Origin: Candidatus Cloacimonadales bacterium
GTDB taxonomy: Bacteria > Cloacimonadota > Cloacimonadia > Cloacimonadales > JAFGVF01
Direction: 5' to 3'
Assembly (NCBI GenBank): GCA_963678375.2
Contig: OY782831.1
Location: 1,087,030 to 1,151,029, forward strand
DNA length: 64,000 nucleotides
Position numbers and translations under genes: made by a program. A model generated the notes under the pieces. It did not search any database and had not been told where the DNA came from. It was given only the letters and a program-made list of their open reading frames with translations. Below, one piece after another: positions 47,862 through 56,770 of this stretch; position 1 is the stretch's first letter; every line of letters starts with the position of its first letter.

Positions 47862-48335
47862 ATGAAATATATTATACTTTTAATTACCTTACTTGTGCTT
47901 ATTGTTGCTTGTAAAAAAGAAATTAACGAGAAAGAACGACCAATAGATAACTTACGAATTGATACCTTATCTCAGGAAGATGAAAAGCCAGACTTTACTA
48001 ATTCTAAGATGGTTATTAATCCTGAAACAGGAGATACTTTGTACTTGGACTTCATTGTAGATAAGAAGTTAAACGATAAGAAAGTCTATAATAAATTTTA
48101 TGTTATTACTACTTATTCGTCTTATACTAAAGATAACAAGCTTGAAGCAGAATTAGCTAAATGGAAAAAATTAGAAGCTAATAGCTATATAGAAGAGGTT
48201 AAACTGGGACAAGCTAGTAAATACTTTGTTGCTCTAGGCAAGTACAATAATCGTGAGCAAGTTATCGAGGTATGGGAAAAGTTTAAGAAAAAGTATCCAA
48301 GTGAGATGATAAATTTCCAAGCTATTACTCAGTAG
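47862..48335 (+). CDS. Lipoprotein with a SPOR-like C-terminal domain
   Basis: Lipobox 'LIVAC'. C-terminal 'FYVITTYSSYT...A......YFVALGKYNNREQVIEVWEKF' resembles a SPOR repeat. Confidence 0.45.
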   Translation: MKYIILLITLLVLIVACKKEINEKERPIDNLRIDTLSQEDEKPDFTNSKMVINPETGDTLYLDFIVDKKLNDKKVYNKFYVITTYSSYTKDNKLEAELAKWKKLEANSYIEEVKLGQASKYFVALGKYNNREQVIEVWEKFKKKYPSEMINFQAITQ

Positions 48336-48488
48336 GGATTTATTCTGAAGTTTAACTAGATTAATATCCAATTCAATGGCTAAATTTAGCATTAAAAATA
48401 ACTTTTTATATTAATGGATAACAAATTGCATTAACTATATGATAAGAAAGTGATTATTAAATTAGATATAAAGAAATGAGGAGAAAAA

Positions 48489-51400
48489 ATGAAGAAAATT
48501 ATTTTGTTAATTTCACTGATTATGTCTTTCACAATGGTGATGGCTATTCAGGAGAATTTAATGGACCTACACCAGAATTCAATTACATTACAAAACAGTA
48601 ATGACTATGGTGTAGATATCAGTTATGAACTAGGAACAATTGAGATTAAAACTAATAATACCCGCGGTGGTGAGTATGCAGAAATTTCTGCTAACGACTA
48701 CTCTTTAACTAAAGATGAAGGTTTACCTCAACTTCCATACAGTCAGAAAATTATTTCTGTTCCACTTGGTGCAAGTGTTGAAGCATCTGTTGAAATAAAA
48801 TCAGCAAGTAGTGTTAACCTATTTGCTAGAGGTTTTAATAATCAAATTATCCCAGCTCAAGCTTCAGTAGCTAAGTGTGATAATATTGAAGATATGCCTT
48901 TTGCTAAAAACCAAGAAATTTATAACTCAGATAAAAGCTTTAAGTACCAACCAGTAACAGTTAATGAAATTGGTATTCTTAGAGGTATGAGACTTTTTGA
49001 AGTTAACTTCTACCCAGTAGAATACAATCCAGTATCTGGACAAGTTCGTGTTATAAACTCTGCTGATGTTAACATTGAATTCATCAATGGTGATATCTAT
49101 GCTACTGAAGAATTAAAAGCTAAAACAAGATCATTTATGTTTGAGGGCATCTATGCTCAAAATATTTTCAACTACTACCCTTCAAGATCTTCTTTAGAAA
49201 ACTATCCACTTGGTTACTTAATCATTACTCCTAACCAGTTTATGGATACTTTAGAACCTTTCATTACTTGGAAACAAGAACAAGGATATAATGTTACTGT
49301 TGGGCTTACTGAATCTATAGGTTCTTCAACTACAGCTATCAAAAACTATATCCAGAATATCTGGAACGCAGCTACTCCTGATAACCCTGCTCCATCTTAC
49401 TTATTAATAGTTGGTGACACTCCTCAGGTTCCTGCTTTTACAGGTTCTACAGATTCAGGGCATGTTACTGATCTTAACTATGTAAGATTATCTGGAACCG
49501 ATTATCTTCCTGAAATGTATTACGGAAGATTCTCAGCAACTTCTGTTGCTCAATTAACACCTCAAGTTAACAAAACTCTTACTTACCAAAAATATGAAAT
49601 GTCAGACCCTTCATACTTAGAAAGAGTTACCCTTATTGCAGGTGTTGACGGATATTGGGCGGATACTCATGGTAATGGTACAATAAATTATGGTAGCGAT
49701 AACTATTTTAATGAAGATCACGACTTAGACGTTACTTCTTACTACTATCCACAATCTGGTAATTCAGCTACAAGCATTATCGCAGATGTTAGTGCTGGTT
49801 TAGGTTACTTAAACTATACTGCTCACGGTTCTGAAACATCATGGTCAGACCCTAGTTTCACTATTGCAAACATTAATAGCTTGCAAAACTCAGGTAAATA
49901 CCCTGTTGTTGTTGGAAACTGCTGTTTAACTAATCACTTCAATACAGGAACTTGCTTTGGTGAAGCTTGGTTAAGAGCTTCCAACGGAGCTGTTATTTAT
50001 ATTGGTGGAACAAACTCTACTTACTGGGATGAAGATTACTGGTGGTCTGTTGGTCACTTTACACCGACATCTACTGATAGCCCAACCTATGCTGGAACAG
50101 GTTATGGTATGTTTGATGCACTCTTCCATGAACACAATGAAGCTTTCGAAGACTGGGCACATACTGCTGGGTCAATGGTATTCACTGGAAATATGGCAGT
50201 TCAAGGATCTGCATCTACCAGAAAGAATTACTACTGGGAAATTTATTCTATCATGGGTGATCCTTCATTAATGCCATATATTGGTGTTCCAGAAGTTCAG
50301 ACTGTCGATTATTCAAATACTATGCTTGTTGGTATGACTTCTCTAAATGTTACTGCAGCTCCCTATAGCTATGCTGCTCTCTCCAAAGACGGCCAACTTC
50401 TTGGAACTGTTTTAACTGATGGTTCAGGTAATGGTACTATTAACTTTGACGCTATTAACGTTCCTGGTAATGTTAAATTAGTTGTCTCTCATACTGACTA
50501 CCAACCTTTCATTACTGACATAGAAGTTGTTCCTGCTGAAGGACCATTCTTAGTTATCGATAACCAACAAATTACTGGAAATGTAGCAGCAGGGCAAGAC
50601 CTTGATATGGCTCTTACTATTGCTAATGTTGGTGTTGAAGCTGTAGCAGATGTTGATGTTACTCTTATTAGTATTGATGGTAATGCAACTATTGTTAATG
50701 GTTCAACATCAATTGCTAACATTGATGCTAACAGCACTAGCCAATTAGCTTCTGCTTTAGAAGTTACTCTTGCTGATGGTATTAACCACGGGCAAAGTAT
50801 TGCTTTTAACTTACAACTAGCTTCTGCTGAAGAGACTTGGGAATATGACATAAACTTAACAGCTGTAGGACCTCACTTTGTTATTACTGATGTTGAGGTA
50901 AACGATGGTGATAATAATCTTCTTGATCCTAATGAAACTGCTGAATTATTAATCAGTTACCAAAATAATGGCTCTTTTGTAGCTAATAATACTATAGCTA
51001 ACCTAATCTCTACTACACCTGGAATTACTATCAGCGACACTAACATAGAAATTGGTGATATTGCTGTTAATGCATCAGGTCAATTAGCTATTAATGTTGA
51101 AACTTCTGCTTATATGGAAACTGGTACTGTTGCTAACTTTACTACTAGCTTTACTAGTGATAGTAATGTTATCTCTTCAGATAGCTTTGCTCTTTCTGTT
51201 GGCTTGCTCTTTGAAGACTTCGAATCTGGTGACTTCTCATCTGATTTCAACTGGAATGCTCCTGGTTGGTCTGTAGTTTCAAGTCAAGCCCATGAAGGCT
51301 CTCATTCTGCTAAATCAAATTCTATTAGTAATAATCAGTCTGCTTCTATGACTGTCCAAATGAATGATGTTACTGCTGGTCAATTAAGCTTCTGGGTAAA

Positions 51401-52256
51401 AGTATCTTCAGAAAGTGGTTATGATGAATTAACATTCTATATCGATAATGCCCCACAAGATAGCTGGAGCGGTACTGTTAACTGGCAAGAAGTTTCCTAT
51501 GATATTACTGATGGGGATCACACTTTCAAATGGGAATACAGTAAAGACTTTAGTGTTAGCGAAGGTGATGATTGTGCCTGGGTTGACTATATTGTCTTCC
51601 CTACTGCTGCTACAGAAGTTGGGGATCCTGTCATAGCTATTGATATGACTGAATATGATTTTGGTAGCGTAACTGAAGGACAAACACAATTCACAATTTC
51701 TAATTCAGGTGAAGGTATCTTGGCTGGTCAAATCTCTGTCAACAGCCAAAGCGTATTCTCTATTGGCATTGAAGACCAAGAAGGATCTAACCAAGTTAAC
51801 TACTCGCTTGACCCAACAGAAACTCTAGAAGTTACCATTTACTTCTCTCCAACTGCTAACCAAGAATACTCAGATAATATTATTATTACTTCAAATGACC
51901 CACAACAAGGACAAGTTGTCATCTCTGTTAACGGAACTGGCCAAGGTGTGTCAAATGAAGACGATAATCTTATTCCACAAATAACAAAACTTCAAGGAAA
52001 CTATCCAAATCCATTTAATCCTGAAACAGCTATTAAATATGCTGTTAAACAAGATGGTGATGTTTCCTTAAAAATATTTAATTTAAAAGGCCAGCTAGTT
52101 AAAACTCTTGTTAATGAACAAGTTAAAGCTGGATATCACAGAATTATCTGGGATGGTAAAGATAACTTTGGAACAGATGTTGCAACTGGTATATACTTGT
52201 ATCGTCTAGAAACCAAAACATATAACCAAACCAAAAAGATGATGCTGATGAAATAA
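48489..52256 (+). CDS. Peptidase C25 (gingipain-like) family protein with a T9SS C-terminal domain
   Basis: Signal peptide. 'YLLIVGD', 'LNYTAHGSETSW' (His), 'VVVGNCCLTNHF' (Cys). C-terminus 'GNYPNPFNPETAIKY...TGIYLYRL'. Confidence 0.8.
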   Translation: MKKIILLISLIMSFTMVMAIQENLMDLHQNSITLQNSNDYGVDISYELGTIEIKTNNTRGGEYAEISANDYSLTKDEGLPQLPYSQKIISVPLGASVEASVEIKSASSVNLFARGFNNQIIPAQASVAKCDNIEDMPFAKNQEIYNSDKSFKYQPVTVNEIGILRGMRLFEVNFYPVEYNPVSGQVRVINSADVNIEFINGDIYATEELKAKTRSFMFEGIYAQNIFNYYPSRSSLENYPLGYLIITPNQFMDTLEPFITWKQEQGYNVTVGLTESIGSSTTAIKNYIQNIWNAATPDNPAPSYLLIVGDTPQVPAFTGSTDSGHVTDLNYVRLSGTDYLPEMYYGRFSATSVAQLTPQVNKTLTYQKYEMSDPSYLERVTLIAGVDGYWADTHGNGTINYGSDNYFNEDHDLDVTSYYYPQSGNSATSIIADVSAGLGYLNYTAHGSETSWSDPSFTIANINSLQNSGKYPVVVGNCCLTNHFNTGTCFGEAWLRASNGAVIYIGGTNSTYWDEDYWWSVGHFTPTSTDSPTYAGTGYGMFDALFHEHNEAFEDWAHTAGSMVFTGNMAVQGSASTRKNYYWEIYSIMGDPSLMPYIGVPEVQTVDYSNTMLVGMTSLNVTAAPYSYAALSKDGQLLGTVLTDGSGNGTINFDAINVPGNVKLVVSHTDYQPFITDIEVVPAEGPFLVIDNQQITGNVAAGQDLDMALTIANVGVEAVADVDVTLISIDGNATIVNGSTSIANIDANSTSQLASALEVTLADGINHGQSIAFNLQLASAEETWEYDINLTAVGPHFVITDVEVNDGDNNLLDPNETAELLISYQNNGSFVANNTIANLISTTPGITISDTNIEIGDIAVNASGQLAINVETSAYMETGTVANFTTSFTSDSNVISSDSFALSVGLLFEDFESGDFSSDFNWNAPGWSVVSSQAHEGSHSAKSNSISNNQSASMTVQMNDVTAGQLSFWVKVSSESGYDELTFYIDNAPQDSWSGTVNWQEVSYDITDGDHTFKWEYSKDFSVSEGDDCAWVDYIVFPTAATEVGDPVIAIDMTEYDFGSVTEGQTQFTISNSGEGILAGQISVNSQSVFSIGIEDQEGSNQVNYSLDPTETLEVTIYFSPTANQEYSDNIIITSNDPQQGQVVISVNGTGQGVSNEDDNLIPQITKLQGNYPNPFNPETAIKYAVKQDGDVSLKIFNLKGQLVKTLVNEQVKAGYHRIIWDGKDNFGTDVATGIYLYRLETKTYNQTKKMMLMK

Positions 52257-52312
52257 CCTCCTTGTATGCTAGCAGAAAAAGGTTGGGCTCCCCGCCCAAC
52301 CTTTCTGCATTT
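52198..52312 (+). repeat. Direct repeat copy A (last 19 codons plus stop of the C25 gene, plus terminator)
   Basis: 114/115 identical to 53187-53301. The single mismatch is at 52277 (A) versus 53266 (C). Confidence 0.95.
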
Positions 52313-52313
52313 T
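52276..52313 (+). terminator. Rho-independent terminator of the C25 gene (a bidirectional hairpin)
   Basis: AGGTTGGGC (52280-52288) pairs with GCCCAACCT (52294-52302). T-rich on both strands. Confidence 0.75.
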
Positions 52314-53186
52314 ATCTAATCCTGTTTCAATTTTTTCCCTATGTGCATTATTCCTCCTTATCCACCGCTCTTTTTTAGATTATTCCCTCATTCTCCACCT
52401 AATGCTGATAGTTATTTTTAATAAAACTCTCAAGAAAAAAAGCTCCTTCTCCTTTAACCCTAATAGTTTAGTAGAACTTTACTATAGAGTGAAGATTATT
52501 CTAGCAAAATCCCTTTCTTTGAGAGCTATAGGAGGTGTTTCAATATAGACGCATAAAATATAAATATTCGGAGAAATTATGGATCTTACTTTTGCAGAAT
52601 AATATAGTTCTAATCACAAAGGTCTATTGCACATTCTGGGTTTAACATTACCCACTGATTTTTACAGGAGCATACTAACAGAATACTTATCTTGCCATTC
52701 AGCCAAAACCCCAATCCAATAAGAGCTACTCTAACCAGAACAAAATAGTAAAGGGTGGTCTTGAAGGGAATAAGCTATTAAAAACATCTTTTTAATAACA
52801 CTTACTTGCTTTTTGTTAATAATTTCTTTTGTGCAATTTTTACAATATTGATACTTTTAAAAAGTTTATAACTAAGTAAGCTTTTAGTTAAACTTAAAGC
52901 TTCGTAATAACTTCTAATAATTAAATCAACTCATCTAACGTCTATCAGGTTATCTAATCTGTATACATAATATACATCTGACTAGATTTAACCTATAACA
53001 ATGTAGACACTTTGCCTGAATTTGAGATAATTATAACTTTTGCTACTTTTAGGGGAAGACTCTTAGAAAATTATAACAGAGCACTAAAAGTCGAATAATC
53101 AATGTGTTAAGCCAACACTCTTATATATTTGTTAAAATTTGATTAATTTTTTTTTGTTTGGAACGGCTATTGCATTATTATATAAG

Positions 53187-53301
53187 TGTATCGTCTAGAA
53201 ACCAAAACATATAACCAAACCAAAAAGATGATGCTGATGAAATAACCTCCTTGTATGCTAGCAGACAAAGGTTGGGCTCCCCGCCCAACCTTTCTGCATT
53301 T
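53187..53301 (+). repeat. Direct repeat copy B (orphan C25-gene 3' fragment plus terminator)
   Basis: See copy A; the offset is 989 bp. No ORF continues upstream of copy B. Confidence 0.95.
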
Positions 53302-53302
53302 A
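53265..53302 (-). terminator. Terminator hairpin in repeat copy B, placed directly 3' of the TPR gene
   Basis: The same GC-rich hairpin as copy A. It lies 11 nt beyond the TPR gene stop (53313) on the minus strand. Confidence 0.7.
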
Positions 53303-53312
53303 TAAGCTTTTT

Positions 53313-54008
53313 TTATTTTCCCCAATATTTGTCTTGAGGATATTTTTCTTCTAATTGCTTTGCTAACTTCTTATAATCTTTTTTCATTTTATTTGCTTTC
53401 AAAATTTCTAATTTTAAAAAACTTTCCTCTTGAGATGAAAATTCTTCTTCTGGTTCTTCAATATCTTTTCCTTTATAAGACATGCCTGTTTCAAAAGTTT
53501 TCAAAGCTTCCTTATTTTTATCTAGTTTAAGCTGTACTCTTGCTAACCATAAATAAGCGTCATAATGTTCAACTCTTGTTTCTATGGCTTTTTCCAAAGC
53601 TTTTTCTGCTTCTTCCCATTCTTGTAAATTATAATAAGCTTCACCTTTGTGCCTCCAGGGACATGACCAGTTTTCAAAATTTTCATTTAAGTAATCATAA
53701 TGTGGTATAGCTTGTTCAGATCTTCCAAGCGCAAGGTAGATATTGGCTAACTGAAACCTTTGGGCTGGTTGTAAATCACTAGTCATTGCTTCAAGTTTAT
53801 TCATAGCTTTATTCATTTCAGAGTAGTGGACCATAAGTAGATTATAGTTGGCACTAGTCAGATCTTTAGAATTATTTGCATCTTCTAATACAGCCTTTAC
53901 ATTGTCATAACTAGCATCTTCAAAATAAGACTTTAGCAAATCTTGGCTAGCTCCAAAGACAAATCCACTAACCAGCAAGAAAATTAAAATACATGAAACT
54001 TTTTTCAT
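53313..54008 (-). CDS. Secreted TPR-repeat protein
   Basis: Signal peptide MKKVSCILIFLLVSGFVFG. Several TPR-like 34-aa units (e.g. 'AEKALEKAIETRVEHYDAYLWLARVQLKL'). Confidence 0.65.
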   Translation of the reverse strand: MKKVSCILIFLLVSGFVFGASQDLLKSYFEDASYDNVKAVLEDANNSKDLTSANYNLLMVHYSEMNKAMNKLEAMTSDLQPAQRFQLANIYLALGRSEQAIPHYDYLNENFENWSCPWRHKGEAYYNLQEWEEAEKALEKAIETRVEHYDAYLWLARVQLKLDKNKEALKTFETGMSYKGKDIEEPEEEFSSQEESFLKLEILKANKMKKDYKKLAKQLEEKYPQDKYWGK

Positions 54009-54511
54009 AAATAAAAACTCCTATTCAATAATTAGACCAATATTTTTGAATAAGATTAGATATGTCAAATATTAAAAAAGACTATTAAGTTAAGTAAGAT
54101 TAACTTTAACCATATTATAAGTTTATTGTAGCCATAACCTTGAGGTAAACTAGTCTTTCCAAGCGAAAATGATAATGATAAAAAATGAGCTACATTTTAA
54201 TAATTCAGCTTATATTTTACTCCTCATATACTATTTTTGAGCTTATAAATCATACATTGTTCCTTCATTATTACTCTCCCTTTATATAAGTAGAAATCTA
54301 TTGGGAGAGTTATTATGATGGTATAAAAAAACTTGTATCAAGAGCCATAAATCCAAATAAAATCATAGTACATTGACTTTATTGTTCTCATGTGATGAAG
54401 CAAGAGAGTAATAGTAATGTGAATAATATTCTGCTAGTAATAAAAGAATCCTATACAAAAAAGCTTGTCAAAAAAGTAATATATATTAAATTAGAATATA
54501 GAGACAACATT

Positions 54512-56215
54512 ATGAAAAAATTTAAACTTATACTAATATTACTCCTCTTCCATATTATTGGACTTAGTGCTAAAGAATGGACAATTCTTATTTATATGGC
54601 TGCAGATAACGGCTTGCACCAATACGCTCTTGAAGATATTGCTGAAATGGAAACTTCATCTTTCAGTTCTCAAGCAAACATAATAGTAGAAATGGATGGG
54701 GACAACGATAGCGACTTAGCTGCTACTTATAGATATAAGATAGAAGAGAATACTCAAGCTGGAATTCAATCTCCAATAATTAGCAACTTAGGGGAAACAA
54801 ATTCTGGTTCCTACCAAACCTTAAAAAGTTTTGTGGATTGGGGATTCAATAGATATAAATCTTCTAACAAAGCTTTAATCATCTGGTCTCATGGTAATGG
54901 ATGGGCGAAAGACTTAAAGGGAAAAGGTATAGCACCAGATAACTCTTCTCAAAGTTTTATTAGTATGTCTAATCATGAAATGCAGGCTGCCTTAAGCGAT
55001 ATAAAGCTTGATCTCCTAATTTATGACGCTTGTAATATGCAGACCCTTGAAAACTTAATTGAGCTCAAAAGTAGAGCAGACTACATTATTGGTTCAGAAG
55101 CCAGTGTTCCCTCAAGCGGTTTGCCTTATGGTCAGATTTTCGACTACTGGCAATCAGCTTCAAATATTGATTCCTTAGTAATAAATATCCCTAAAATATA
55201 TGTAGATGCTTATCGCCCTGGTAATATTTACAATTCAGGCTCTTTCTTAAGAAGAGTTGCGGCTTCTACTGCTAAGATGATTGAAATAGATAATTTTGAA
55301 CAAGAAATAAATACCTTCTTAGCTAAGTGGAGTGAAGATACTAGAGAATTTATTCTTGCAAGAGAGAATCTGAATGAATTCGGGATAACTTCCACAGATA
55401 TTGATATAAAAGAATTATTAGACGACTTGATTGAAAATAGTGATAATAGTGACTTAAAGTATGATAGCCAAAATCTCTCAGAAAGCCTAGAATCTCTTTT
55501 CATAAGCTATGATTCTTCTTCTTTCAATTATAAAGTAGGTCCTGCTACATTATGGTTTCCGAGATATTCATATCAATTTGAAAATAATTGGCAAATTTAC
55601 AGAAATTTAAATTTTGCTAAAGGAGCTATAGGAAATTTTTTAAACAATTTGTTAGCTCCTGATGAAATCCCTCCCTTTCCTTTTGAAATTACTAAGTCAC
55701 AAGTAGTAAATGAGACTATCTATTTAGATTGGGAAAATCATCTTGACCCTGACCCTTTAAGCTACCAAATAAATTTTACTTTTATTGATGGGACAAATCA
55801 GACGATTAATCTTGAAAATATTGGATTTTATCAGGGTAGAGTCATGCAAGATGGCCAAGTATATATTATAGCCCAAGATGCTGCAGGCAATCAGACAAAA
55901 TCTCCTATCCAGGACTTTAAAGTTAATCCTGACTATGGCCAGCTTTATATTGCACCCAACCCTATAAGAAAAGATAATAAAGGTGAAGTAATATTTTTCG
56001 CTCAAAATACAGGGGGCAAAGAGGCTGAGATAAGCTTGTTTTCCCTGAGTGGTAAGATTATATCGAAAACTAAAATTAGCTTATCTGAGGGGATGAATGA
56101 ACACAAGATCAACTTAGCTGACATTGTTAAAGGTAGATTGAGTTCAGGAATTTACTTATGTAGTCTCAAGATTGATAACAAATATTATAAAACTAAATTC
56201 GCAGTAGAAAATTAA
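54512..56215 (+). CDS. Clostripain-like (peptidase C11) family protein with a T9SS C-terminal domain
   Basis: ATG 54512 with a signal peptide. 'WTILIYMAADNGL', 'IIWSHGNGW' (His), 'LLIYDACNM' (Cys). C-terminus 'IAPNPIRKD...SGIYLCSL'. The track's GTG start at 54392 is rejected. Confidence 0.75.
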   Translation: MKKFKLILILLLFHIIGLSAKEWTILIYMAADNGLHQYALEDIAEMETSSFSSQANIIVEMDGDNDSDLAATYRYKIEENTQAGIQSPIISNLGETNSGSYQTLKSFVDWGFNRYKSSNKALIIWSHGNGWAKDLKGKGIAPDNSSQSFISMSNHEMQAALSDIKLDLLIYDACNMQTLENLIELKSRADYIIGSEASVPSSGLPYGQIFDYWQSASNIDSLVINIPKIYVDAYRPGNIYNSGSFLRRVAASTAKMIEIDNFEQEINTFLAKWSEDTREFILARENLNEFGITSTDIDIKELLDDLIENSDNSDLKYDSQNLSESLESLFISYDSSSFNYKVGPATLWFPRYSYQFENNWQIYRNLNFAKGAIGNFLNNLLAPDEIPPFPFEITKSQVVNETIYLDWENHLDPDPLSYQINFTFIDGTNQTINLENIGFYQGRVMQDGQVYIIAQDAAGNQTKSPIQDFKVNPDYGQLYIAPNPIRKDNKGEVIFFAQNTGGKEAEISLFSLSGKIISKTKISLSEGMNEHKINLADIVKGRLSSGIYLCSLKIDNKYYKTKFAVEN

Positions 56216-56310
56216 GTATTAATAAATTTTACTTAAGAAAATATCAATTTGTTAAGTACTTCACTTTAATTTATAATGTTAACAATATGTTAATTATAGT
56301 TTTATAGATT

Positions 56311-56503
56311 TGTGGACAAAATTTATCTTTATCAATGTGGAAAAGATTTGGTTAATTTCTCTTAAATTATTATAAAAAAAAGCAATTAGACTCTTAAATC
56401 CTCTTGTGGATAAGTAGTGCATAACCACTTGTACAAACCTACACATTGTGTGCTAAACTATTGTTTTAAAGAAAGATAGCATATATGTGGATAATGTGGA
56501 TAG
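56311..56503. promoter_or_regulatory. DnaA-box cluster (candidate oriC or DnaA-binding locus)
   Basis: TGTGGACAA 56311-56319, TGTGGAAAA 56336-56344, TGTGGATAA 56405-56413, TGTGGATAA 56486-56494, TGTGGATAG 56495-56503. All share one orientation (the complement of TTATCCACA) and lie inside a 555-bp A+T-rich intergenic region. Confidence 0.55.
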
Positions 56504-56770
56504 TATGTGTAAGTATTAGTTAAGTCTAAACATTAAATAGTCTATGAAGCTTTCTACTTAGTAGTTTTCAATCATAGCTTTATCGAAATTGAAAGCTGAT
56601 TAGTAAATAATAGAAAACCAGCTGGATAACATCTTTATTATAAGACATTCTCATTAATAAAATCAAAAAAAAGTGAGTATATCTTGACATAGCTAATTTA
56701 GAGATTATTTTGGTTAAATCAAATAAGTGTAATATTACACCATAATTAAAAAAGATAAAGTAAAGGAATT

